A stretch of 63,025 nt of DNA, counting the filler, from Sphaeroforma arctica JP610 (lineage: Eukaryota): assembly GCF_001186125.1 (NCBI RefSeq). It is 4 parts of 2 records of this genome, joined end to end, with 100 filler letters (N's around TTAATTAATTAA, not from the genome) between each part and the next. Parts side by side here need not be neighbours in the genome. Positions count along the whole stretch, not along the records: positions 45,606 to 58,077 come from NW_014040549.1; positions 58,178 to 63,025 come from NW_014040548.1; 2 more parts are not named here. One strand, written 5' to 3'. A program made the position numbers and the translations under genes. Below, one piece after another: positions 51,551-63,025 of this stretch. The notes below the pieces were generated by a model, which made no database searches, was not told where the DNA came from, and saw only the letters and a program-made list of their open reading frames with translations. The first letter of the stretch is position 1, and each line of letters opens with the position of its first letter.

Positions 51551-52250
51551 TTAGTGTCCTTTTAAAATCACAAGATCATCATAGTGTTTCTCCTCAGTAG
51601 GCGCGAACCATCCTTCCCAACCAATATGCGCGGGCATATATATATCAATGAGTAACGTTAGTGGTGGATTTCTCGAAAGCGATAGGAATGTCGAGGTGTG
51701 CAAATAGCGCGCATTTTTTACTGGTTCGCAAGCACCTATGCCCGCAGTGTAAATAGCCAATAGGTCGTCTACTAACCGGCGTTTGTCTAGACCTGTTGCC
51801 AGAAACAGCTCCTAAACGCTCAAGTATTTAGGGGCTACTACGGAGGCCAAAAGGTATAGCGCGCTCAAAGTATGTGGCTTCCTCGAACAGGAATCGCACG
51901 AGAGAGTGTCCTGCTGTCTGATCCGAATAGTTCGAAACACGTCCAACATCGACCACCAAAAAAGTGGGATCGACGGGGGCAGCTGCCACATGAACTAGCA
52001 CCTTGCATAGCTTGATACATTGAAGTTCTCTGAATGTTATGGCAGAATGGACATTCGAGTGGTGCGGTAAGGTAAGTAGGGGATACGACGACGTTTGAGA
52101 GAACCGTCAGCCCGTAGTTTACAAAAGACTCCAATCGGTGACAAATAGTACAATGGGTATCGTTTAACCTATTCGATCGGTATGGGACCAATGAGAACGC
52201 ATTGCTGGAGTTCTATAATATGATGTGATTGAAGCTCAGAGCCAGGGAAT
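51551..52250 (-). pseudogene. DIRS/Ngaro-like reverse transcriptase fragment
   Basis: Frameshifted FLVVDVG / FRTIRIRQQD / YFERAIPFGLRSSP*I / LVDDLLAI. Confidence 0.55.
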
Positions 52251-52770
52251 GTGATCTTTTGCAGAGGGTAGTTCTTTATGGCGGTCCGGCCTGATAGTGG
52301 CTAGTAGTGTGTACGTTCTCTTCATGCCTGTGCTACGGTATGATAGGGCTGACATGATGCCCTTTAGTTGACCAATTGATGCATTTTGGTAATGCACTAG
52401 TTGTATCAAGTCCTGAATATCTGCGTGTGAGATAGGTACAGCAGAGGGACCCGTAGTGATTATGTTGGTGACGAGGCAATATCGGCTGACGTAATGGCTG
52501 GTGTGGGGTCGATCACCCTGGGAGATGTTAGTGATGGCGTATATAAGTGGTGGCGTGGTTGCTGAAGTCTGCGAAGTAGCAGAGGTTGTCGATATTGTTT
52601 TAGTTACGGGCTGGAAGCGTAGCGGTACTCAACTTAAAAGGCTCCTTTGTGTTTCAGTAGAATGAATAGGACTAGAGTCACTGGAGAAGGACGAGGACGA
52701 GGACGAGGACGATTTTGCTAGTAGTGCGCTGAAATGGATTTTGTTATCGGACAATTTTCCGGCCGGGTCG

Positions 52771-53516
52771 TTGCAGTTGTTAGCTTAAGTTCGTATAACT
52801 CTTTGCAAATTCTACTACATTTATTGCCTTGTTCTCTAATCTATACTTTAGTGCAAGCGAACAAGTGTTTGTGCGTGTGCTATGATTGCCTATTTATACA
52901 CACAAATACACTCTATATTTATTCTAGTTATACAATCGCCATCTGCCCATACCCGAATGGCTTTTTAGAGGTTACTCGTTATGCCCTCTCGAGCCTATGA
53001 CAAATTAAAGAGTACAAGAAGACGGCGCTTTCAACTATTATACAGTTGCGCCGTAAATGCAACGTAAGATAAAGTGGCCGCCGAGGAAGAAGCCACTAGA
53101 GTCAAAGTGAAGCGTATTGCTAAACAACAAGCCGAGAAGGATCGTTTGCAGTTGTTAGCTTAAGTACGTATAACTCTTTGCAAATTCTATTACATTTATT
53201 GCCTTGTTCTCTAATCTATACTTTAGTGCAAGCGAACAAGTGTTTGTGCGTGTGCTATGATTGCCTATTTATACACACAAATACACTCTATATTTATTCT
53301 AGTTATACAATCGCCATCTGCCCATACCCGAATGGCTTTTTAGAGGTTACTCGTTATGCCCTCTCGAGCCTATGACAAATTAAAGAGTACAAGAAGACGG
53401 CGCTTTCAACTATTATACAGTTGCGCCGTAAATGCAACGTAAGATAAAGTGGCCGCCGAGGAAGAAGCCACTAAAGTCAAAGTGAAGCGTATTGCTAAAC
53501 AACAAGCCGAGAAGGA
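52771..53516. repeat. Near-identical tandem duplication (about 375 bp x2)
   Basis: Units start at 52771 and 53146. Confidence 0.92.
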
Positions 53517-54443
53517 AGCCAAACTCTCTTTGTACTTTTGTATAACTTGTATACTTCATACAGATAGTTGTTTCTGAGTAATGTTTGCTATATACAGGTA
53601 TTCTACTACTCTTTGAAGTGAATGGTAGACGAACACCCCGGCACAGGGACTAAAGCCCTGTCCAAGTATCGGCGAAAATATATGTGCAATATACATTTAA
53701 GTTGTGCAATATACACGCAATTATCAGTCCTCTTATGATGATTTTCATGTTACTGGTGTCTACCTTTTCGCATGCTACAGGTCAAAACTACTTTAATTTT
53801 AAGGTCATGCCTATGAGTTTTCACAGCATGAAATACATACATTTACTACACATTATGCGATTTGTATTATTATTTGTCAGGTCGTCGCATCTAGTTGAAG
53901 GGCTTGGGGGATGTCAGAAGCTATTGACCGTCATCCACGCGAGTAAGGCTCAGTAAAAAATACAGTCATCACAGCACAACTTGTCAATTCGACCAGCCTA
54001 AACACAAATATAATAATCCGCTCGCGAACGTCAGCGCTGAAGCTATGAAATGTACACTTACACTAAAAGCATTAAAAATACGACACCTATTTTAAAATAC
54101 TGATATACACTCATATGTTATTAGAACAGCGTATACAAAGACGTGCATTAAAATGATACAAATATATCGTGCGTCCCGTGCTCAAGTACCCGAACAATTT
54201 TATAGGTAGTTCGTGTTCTGATTTTGTTGTTTGTTGATTTTGGGGCGAACTTTGCAATGTTGAGGTATAGGAGACCACAAATTCTGATTTAACAATGATA
54301 GTACGTCTCTGAATCCAAGCTTAAAATCAATATCGTGTCAAAGTATACTTGAGCATCGGAAGAACTCTTCATTTGTGTTGCACACATCAAATTATACTGT
54401 TTATATATATATATATATATATGGGTAATTGCAAGGCGTCCGG

Positions 54444-57117
54444 CTACCAGTCGCTTTCTTCCATGAAAACAATTACATATGCTACCATTGAGCCGAATAC
54501 AAATATGTTCCCGATCAGCACCATAAAAAGAGCCCCCAGCGTGATGATTGACGCATGACATAATACCATCGGTAGGCCTGCACAAAGTGGAGAGCGAGGG
54601 AAATGTCGTTCAATTCGTATACAACATATCCATAATCGCTGCTTGGAAGATCAGCGAACTAATACAGAGGTTTAGCCAAAAGTAGAGGCTACATATCAAT
54701 CGTTATTATGATATAACACCATAGGTTGCCCTACACATATCAGCAAGAAGAATACGTTATATATTGCAGTTCGGTAAAGCTCAAAGCAAGTAGAGGCAAT
54801 CGATGGATGTCTACAGAATTAGTCTGAGAGCAACATGATATCAAACAATCATGGTTAATAGTTCACGTATAGGGCAGTTCACGCTTTTCTGTCTATTAAG
54901 ATGTGATATAATAACTAATATTTTTCAACGTGCGGCACTCGATTCTCATCCAGAATATATACCTTAAGCACAAAGATAGGCCTGCTCACCACGCTAGATG
55001 AATGTGAAAAGATTTCAAAACTCTCGGTAAACTAGCGATGAAACGACTAAGAGCTCCATAGAGCGCGTAATGATGAGGCATAACCACAATATATCATATA
55101 CTGCATTAGTGAACTTCACCTTCCGGAGGAAGTCAAAACTAGCGGAGTGATGACCTAAGAAAGGCAGGGTAGGCATAAGCTCGAATAGAGGAAGAGGCAC
55201 AGGCCTAAATAAGTACAGTATATGCTAATAAAATTTACAGTTCGAGACACGATTTATGCACTGAAGTCCGACGAGACGTGTTAAAGTCTACATCCTGCCT
55301 CACGCCTAATAATAAATGAGTGCGGTTCGCAGATGAATCACAAACGGGCCTTGTATATGCATACCTATGTACTTTCAATGTAATGTACTAGGCGCACAAA
55401 GTTAAGCGACTGATACACCAAGGTGATGTACTGAAGGCTTTGCCTGTTAATATATCTTGCAAATCTCAGATACTACACAAGGACATATGAGGACAATAAA
55501 ATAACTGTGTGAATATAGTAGTATTGACGATGCGCTACACCCTAAAATGCTAATATTATAAAGCGAGATTATCAAAACGTGGAACTTTTGAACTTTTAAC
55601 GTACCAAAAGCGGCGAGCATCAGTGAAGTGCTTGCAAACACTCCCATCTCCATCGGACCCCTAAAATCAAACATCACAGGGGTTTGCAGTTGTTAGCAAG
55701 CAAAGGGTTTTACTACGACTGAGGTATTAGGAAACAAAATTCCTGGAACTGAGAGCTACCAGCCGGACTGATAATGTATGAACTTACGCCAGCTATTCTC
55801 AACAGCTGTGGGCATTGCGAGTCTAGTATATATATATATATATATCACCTACGAAAACGACTGTATCATTCGTGGATATAGCACTGTTCTGTGCATACTC
55901 TCAAGTCGTGCAAGCAGTCAAGTCATGCGTACACCACTTTTGACAATCAACTAGCAGAGAAACCCATCCTTGAAAGCCGAGAAGATAGATCGTTCATAGG
56001 GCAACTGCTAACGTAGATGCTCGAATATAAAACTTACAAACCATGGTATCGAAGAAAAACAAATACTCTTCAGCTTAAAGAGAACATGCACGACCGACAT
56101 ATAGGTACATGCTTTAAGAAATGAGAAGCTATAGAAAATATCGAGATTAGATGCTCTCTCAGCAGCACTCGTACATGTACGACAAGAAGACGACACTGGT
56201 TCCTGTCCACCTAGTCACATGAACATTTAATCAGATAAGTCCGCTGCCAGACACCAATACTAATCAAAAACCACGCTATGCTTCGCCAGATACATCGTGT
56301 CTCATTTTAAGCAATACGAAGAAAGTAAGAAACAGTGGTTTGCCAGATAGATCACTATACGATATATATAACACGAAGTAAAAGACATACTGTGCTTCGC
56401 CGAATACGTCACTTCCCATTTTCTGAGAGATCGCTACTGGCAGTGGCGCAGTCAAGTAGAAAAATACTATAGTTGCAACCAAATGGTGATGTACGTGTAG
56501 GGGAGTGGTAAAGTATGTTAAAAAAAGACAGAAGGGAGCGTTGGCAGAAATAAAAGGATATAGTTGCTTGTAGTAACCCCAAAATAAGTAGTGCAAAACG
56601 AGTAGATTACAGCAACCTTCGAAGAACACATTTTTCGAAGGGGGAAAATAAAAAAGGTGGAAGGTGAGAGGGCGTGAGGCGAGAGAGGCCTGTGGTAAGC
56701 TGAGGGTAAGTGAGAAATCCTGAAAGCATCTCGACATGTTTTGGACATTCTCTCAGATTGACATTCCGTAGGGACAAACCTTCAATTGCAATAGCACGAT
56801 ATGTGATCACAGCGACACATCGGTGTGGTCAGATCAAACTGCACACACTGTGCCCACATATGTAGGATACGATTCGTATCACGTGGAATATTATCCGGAC
56901 TAAATGGCATACATTTGTAACATTTGTGCTTCTGCAATAATGTAATAAGAACTGTACCAAGTAGCAATCGTGATAGAAAAGTGAACGTTGAACGCAAAAC
57001 AAACTTTGAAGCACTTACCTACAAACAAAGGCGTCCAATTATTGAAAGCTGGCAAGGCGCATGCCAGAAATATCAGCATAACTCCGACTGACGCGGCGGT
57101 CCCAAGACCAACCATTG
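54444..57117 (-). CDS. VPS55: Vps55 / LEPROT(L1) family membrane protein; exons 57019-57117, 56391-56466, 55605-55660, 54444-54577; start exon not located
   Basis: Spliced VGVMLIFLACALPAFNNWTPLFV|VFFYLTAPLP..|..AAF|GLPMVLCHASII..GNIFVF..DW* with GT-AG boundaries. Confidence 0.88.
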
Positions 57118-58188
57118 CTGTACACAATGATATACAGAGACGTTGAGAACAAGGACCTCAAACAGGCAGTTACGATACCATGTTAGATTGGCATATGTGA
57201 TCAAGAGTGAGGGTAAACGAATAGAAACTATCTCACGACATCTCGCTAATCTAAGCAGCCTGAATAAATAATATCGCAAAAGAGCACATATCACATCATG
57301 TCGACTTTCATACAACAGACGCAGCTTTCGACGTATACGGGGAAAAACTAGTAAAAGAATCAGGTTTATAGTACCTCTGCCTAAACTTGTAAGACGATCA
57401 AAAAAAGTATATCGTGCTGAGCATTTACAGGTTTACATGCCCATGACGGTCTGCAACTGATATAGAGGTATGGTAAATTATAAATGCCATATTATCAATT
57501 TTTTCACATTGGTTTACAAATACTTCTGTCTGCGTATATTCTTACATGTTGACACATGCAGAAAAAATCACAAAAAATCGATTGTTAGAAACAGCTACAA
57601 ATGCGGGTTTATACATAATATCAAAAATAAAATATATCTGCGCATATAAACCGCTCATAAACAACATGCATAACCATGCACATGATCATATGCCATACAT
57701 GTACAAGTGTATAGGTCCTCATAATAATATAACGTCGATACCTCTTGACATAAAACGAATACAACAATAATATAAACAAAACCCTTTTGCATTTATATTT
57801 GCATATTATCTACACGTAAAATACGTATATGTACGCATAATCGATTTCGAAGTACATCTATGATTTTACGAAACAACGTAGGTATTTCACAATATGATAC
57901 GTATGATACAAATATGATGACAACACGCGGCTAGATGATACCTCATACACATGTATCTCCAATTGTACAAATAGTCATGAACAACACGAGCACAAACAGC
58001 CAAAACTATATATATATATAGATATATATATATATATATATATAATTATATACATACATACATACGCACAACAAACANNNNNNNNNNNNNNNNNNNNNNN
58101 NNNNNNNNNNNNNNNNNNNNNTTAATTAATTAANNNNNNNNNNNNNNNNNNNNNNNNNNNNNNNNNNNNNNNNNNNNACACACACACG

Positions 58189-58255
<67 letters not shown>

Positions 58256-58337
58256 GTATATAACGCACAATTCCACTTGTGCATGGATTCATAAGCTAAG
58301 TTATGACACAAACACACACACACACACACACCCGAAT

Positions 58338-58540
58338 GTGTTATTTCCAATCGGCACTGCAGCGGGGGGTACCCATGTGAACGCCGTGTCACCCTGCACG
58401 TCTGTCAGATTATAAGCACCCTCGTCATCGGTTTGTAGTTCGACATTACGATCGAATCGAGCTGCCAGGTCAAGGTCGCTTAGACCCTTCTGAATGACGT
58501 CGTTTATAGTCATCGTCCTAGCTGCATTCAAGTCCAACCA
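58338..58540 (-). CDS. Probable exon of an unidentified gene
   Basis: Open, coding-like composition (DLDLAARFDRNVELQTDDEG) between AT-rich flanks. Confidence 0.35.
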
Positions 58541-59097
58541 ATAAGTTATATACAGGACTAACTATTGGTATAGAGGTACACTCAGATACTTGCCTGTGAC
58601 TCTTGTTCTATTTGTATAAATTTTAGACTACAATATTTGTTGCAGTATTGTAAAGAGAGAGAGCTGGCTACACGTAACACGATAGAACCTCAGAGTTGTC
58701 AGATCACAAAAAATAATAATTTCATCGCTCAAAATTGCCCGCCAAAAGTATTCTGACGACAAACCGAGAAATCTATTTTTTTGTTTTTATATATATTAAA
58801 AAAATAAGTAAAAGCACTTCATACACACGTACTGCAAAGGCATAAATAGCTGCATGTGTCTATATACTATGTTATGATATGTATGGCTTGCTCTATAGTT
58901 GATAGCACCGATTATCTCAGTGACGGGCAAAGGTCAGTATGGAATACATTTATTTTTCTAGACAGACTACTTGATGGATAGAACACAATAGGAATGAGCG
59001 TATAAGGCATTCAAACTTCAGTATGTCATTCAACTTTATTTACATTTGATTACTACTGCTGCTAGGCGGATTTAAGTACAGGATATATAAGTATTTT

Positions 59098-60552
59098 CTA
59101 TTCCCGGATATAGAAAATAAGAGCCGAATTCTTCTGCAAAATCTCCGTGTGTTTCTCCGGCACATCCGTTCCAAAGTCAGATATCGTATCATCATCGAAC
59201 AGAATCGTCTTATTCTCCAGTGAGCTAAAACATGTGTAATGTCCTGAGCGCATCTCGGCGCCCAGATGAGTTACTACCGACACTGGCGAGTAGGTGACTA
59301 ACGCGTGTTTCTTCTCACTAGCCTGCCTCGGTAGCAACTGTGTGGGTAGTTCACAGGTAATGTTTCCGATACGCACGGGTCGCTGTGACTTGCCCAGTTC
59401 GCCGGTAGTCATGTCCAACTGCGTGCGCACAATATGCACAATCAGGAACGTCGGCATACGGAAGAACTTGTTGATTCGCGATGTGTCTGGGTGCGATGTG
59501 TTGCACGCCCCACACCGCCACCCATCCAACGGCTCGGAGCTGACCGTCTCATTAAACAGCGCCTGCACAGTGGTCTCCGACGTCTCACTCCCCACAGACA
59601 GACTGAGAATGTTATTTATATCCGGACGTACCTGAGTGACCACCCGGCAGTTACCGCAATAGTACGCGGTGATGGTCTGGTACGCCAGACTGGCCGCAAA
59701 CTGCGCTGCCCCCACAGAGAAGCGCTCGTTCCATTGTAGGTCTGCCATCACCTCGTGTACTGTCGCCGTGCCTTTAATCAGATCGTCAAAGGTATCAAAG
59801 TTGATTAGTCTCTCCTCAGATGTGGCCGCGACCGCTTCGAGCGTCTGTAGTACAAATGTCAGCCACTCGTGCACATCCTGCTGTTGCTGCTTAACCCCAG
59901 ACTTGGGCTTCTGCACATTGGACTCGGGGAAGGCCGACATCGCCACCCGGAACGCGTCCATGCACTTCTGTGGCTCGTCCTTGCTTTTGGCTTTCGCATT
60001 GTTGGCCAGGGATTCCAACAGCGGGTACAGCGTCTTCACCACGGGCTGTTTCTTAGCAACCGCAGGGTCGGTGGGCTCTCTGTGCGACAGCTGGGCCAAC
60101 AGAGGACGCAGCTTGCCGTTGAAGAAACTGTGCGCGAGGGCCTGGCTCACCGAGTTCATGAAGCACAGGTTCTGATTCTTCGCATTCGGCAAGCCAACAG
60201 GCACGGTGACTAACGGGCGCGTGTTCTTCTTCTCTCCCGCATTGCTGCCACGTGGGGTGGGGGGCCCTGGCGCAGGCGAGTTCTTTCCACTGCCACTGGT
60301 GGCACCGGAATCAAACGGAGATCTAAAATCGTAGGACAGTGCGGAACTACGGCGTCTCCCCAGTGAGGCGCGGCCGCCTTTGGCTGAGTTCTGTGTGGCG
60401 GTGAGTTGATCGTCCAGGTCTGTTAGTAGAGTCTTCATGTCCACAAACCGGTCAGGCTGACGGTTAATTTCTAAAAATGTCTCTACCGAATCCTGCCACG
60501 CCCGTTGTGGGGTGCCCACCGCGTGGTAATCACGGGTCATCACTCGGTTGAA
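59098..60552 (-). CDS. Ubiquitin-specific protease (USP/UCH, peptidase C19) catalytic exon; probable upstream exons to about 62055
   Basis: Cys box GLPNAKNQNLCFMNSVSQAL, QQQDVHEWL, CxxC pairs, His box HLGAEMRSGHYT, FDDD. Confidence 0.93.
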   Translation of the reverse strand, partial: FNRVMTRDYHAVGTPQRAWQDSVETFLEINRQPDRFVDMKTLLTDLDDQLTATQNSAKGGRASLGRRRSSALSYDFRSPFDSGATSGSGKNSPAPGPPTPRGSNAGEKKNTRPLVTVPVGLPNAKNQNLCFMNSVSQALAHSFFNGKLRPLLAQLSHREPTDPAVAKKQPVVKTLYPLLESLANNAKAKSKDEPQKCMDAFRVAMSAFPESNVQKPKSGVKQQQQDVHEWLTFVLQTLEAVAATSEERLINFDTFDDLIKGTATVHEVMADLQWNERFSVGAAQFAASLAYQTITAYYCGNCRVVTQVRPDINNILSLSVGSETSETTVQALFNETVSSEPLDGWRCGACNTSHPDTSRINKFFRMPTFLIVHIVRTQLDMTTGELGKSQRPVRIGNITCELPTQLLPRQASEKKHALVTYSPVSVVTHLGAEMRSGHYTCFSSLENKTILFDDDTISDFGTDVPEKHTEILQKNSALIFYIRE

Positions 60553-60989
60553 CTGTGGAGATAAACGTGGGGTTGGTTAGCAACAAAGCATGCAAAATAT
60601 GGGATCGCAAATCATGTGCGGTGTAGACATGGAAATGATCCGGGGTATTTTAATGCGGATGATCGCGTTTTTTAAGTGAAGAAAGCATCGGATAGCAATC
60701 AGAAATTTTGTCATATTTCCCTTAAACAATGTGCAATCTTCGAGCCAGGCGGCACACATATCACACTGTAGCAAATAACAAACTGATGCTGGTCTGAGAA
60801 TTATTCAAATGTTACATAGAAATGTCGAATTGCTAGTAACGTGGGCTGTGAATCAATTCGACATAATCTAACTAGAGTTAGGAGGACATAGTTAGATAAA
60901 TACGAATCCAAGACATACATATCAATACACGATAAATGGAGATGAATATGTAAGCATATTTGAAATGAAGTATATGGATACAATTGTAC

Positions 60990-61025
<36 letters not shown>

Positions 61026-62645
61026 CTATATTTGAATACATAAATCTATAAATCTATAAAACGATATATATATATATTTATATATATATATATATATCTA
61101 TATCTATATTTGAATACATAAATCTACAAAACTAATAAAACTATATATATATATATAATAAATATATATATATATAATATATATAATATAATATAATATA
61201 ATATATATGTATGTACGGATATAACAGGTANNNNNNNNNNNNNNNNNNNNNNNNNNNNNNNNNNNNNNNNNNNNNNNNNNNNNNNNNNNNNNNNNNNNNN
61301 NNNNNNNNNNNNNNNNNNNNNNNNNNNNNNNNNNNNNNNNNNNNNNNNNNNNNNNNNNNNNNNNNNNNNNNNNNNNNNNNNNNNNNNNNNNNNNNNNNNN
61401 NNNNNNNNNNNNNNNNNNNNNNNNNNNNNNNNNNNNNNNNNNNNNNNNNNNNNNNNNNNNNNNNNNNNNNNNNNNNNNNNNNNNNNNNNNNNNNNNNNNN
61501 NNNNNNNNNNNNNNNNNNNNNNNNNNNNNNNNNNNNNNNNNNNNNNNNNNNNNNNNNNNNNNNNNNNNNNNNNNNNNNNNNNNNNNNNNNNNNNNNNNNN
61601 NNNNNNNNNNNNNNNNNNNNNNNNNNNNNNNNNNNNNNNTATATATATATCGCTGCAATGACAAAAATTGGTAGTATTCAAGCAGAATTTACCATGGCGC
61701 ATTTTGCCATTAAAAATATGATTACGATGGATATGGCTTCGCCGTGGGTGTAGACGTCCTTCTATATTAAAATTCAAGCACACAAATAAAAAACATTCTG
61801 CAATCACAGCCAAGCAGCATTCCATATATAACTTACCTTAGGATAAAATATAACGCCCATGTGGCTGGATATTTCTTCGAAAGTGACTGTGTACAGCAGC
61901 ATGCAATCCCATTGTGGTGACACATTGAGATTCCACATTAACTGCGATGGGTAGTTGGGCCACTCGACGTTAATTGTCTGTCGAGTGACTAATGCTTGCA
62001 ACACATCGTCCAGCTCGTCTTTCAACGCTAATAGTAATGGATTAGAGTTATCCATAATGATAGGTATTGTAAATTCTATATCTAAATATCGAACTAGACT
62101 ACGCTTGTCCCGTCTTCAACTAGGTACTCTCAGTGCCTCTCTTATACATTGATCTGAGTTACCTGACAAGTGTCCACACCTCACTGGAGAATATGTATAT
62201 ATGCGTGGTTATGAGATATATTCATGTACTAATATTAGAGTCACAGACTCATATATGGCTATGTTTCAGCCACGTAAATACTCTATATATGTATTTTATA
62301 ATAGAAATACAAAATAGTTTATCCTTGATATGTAGTATTTATGTTTTGTAACATTTTAATGGTGGTAAAATACATTTGTTCCATATATAAAATAAATAAA
62401 TAGCCGTATTCTCTTGGTTTTTAGGGGGTAAACTGAATAAAAGGTTCGGTACTATTTTCGAATCTTCGGAAAGTCTGAAGTTTGAACACTCTCGACGCTC
62501 TACATCGCGCAGTATTTATAATTTATAAATATGATGCCTGTAGCTATGTAAATATCGTATATATGTGTATATGGATATAGATTTAGATATATCGACGTAA
62601 ACGAGTCACCGATAAACCTTCACGTACGCATAACTTATTATAATA

Positions 62646-62915
62646 ATGGGAGCGAGGTCACCTTTCCAAGGCGCGCAAGGCGTAGTACCATACCTGCCGG
62701 CGGATAGTGGTGTAGATAAACAAGTGGTTAAATATCTGCCAGTGGATACTGACTGGGATACAACGGAGTGTTATATGATCGTCTCTGCAGGCGAAAGTCG
62801 TTCAAGGGAAGATGCTACATCGCTGCTGAATAATGTTCGATGGAGCTATGTGATGTCTGATCCGGCGTTCAAGGAAGACTGTGGATTCAAGGTGTGTTTA
62901 AGCACTTTGGAATGA
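62646..62915 (+). CDS. Possible first exon of an unidentified, divergently oriented gene
   Basis: ATG-initiated coding-like ORF after an AT-rich intergenic region. Confidence 0.35.
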   Translation: MGARSPFQGAQGVVPYLPADSGVDKQVVKYLPVDTDWDTTECYMIVSAGESRSREDATSLLNNVRWSYVMSDPAFKEDCGFKVCLSTLE

Positions 62916-63025
62916 GGTACCTATGTTGTTGTTCAGCTTTTAAGTATCGTATGCGTGGGCGTATCAGAGTGGACGTTGATTTGATTCTGACGCTTCTTAT
63001 GTTTGTGTATTTTTGTAGTATATAT

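Noticed and set aside
59294..60213. Plus-strand ORFs overlapping the USP exon
   Set aside because: Antisense shadows of a GC-rich coding exon

Overview
Eukaryotic draft-assembly window: intron-rich genes, TA/TG microsatellites, N-gaps, and three artificial TTAATTAATTAA linkers that probably join separate contigs. It looks like a unicellular holozoan-type genome, but that is an unverified impression. Host genes are all on the minus strand: the 3' part of a mitochondrial carrier, an APC4/ANAPC4 homologue, a Vps55/LEPROT homologue and a USP deubiquitinase. They are separated by nested, decayed retrotransposons. The main observation is that four mutually divergent LTR retrotransposons with DDE integrases each carry a Dam-like (DIRS-type) amino-DNA-methyltransferase domain inside Pol. 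Three are Ty3/Gypsy-type with order PR-RT-RH-MT-INT: two keep an intact NPPW motif, and one of these also has a chromodomain. The fourth is a Ty1/Copia element whose methyltransferase appears to sit between the HH and CC halves of the integrase zinc-binding domain. All copies carry stops or frameshifts. Domain calls come from manual translation and motif recognition, not database searches.
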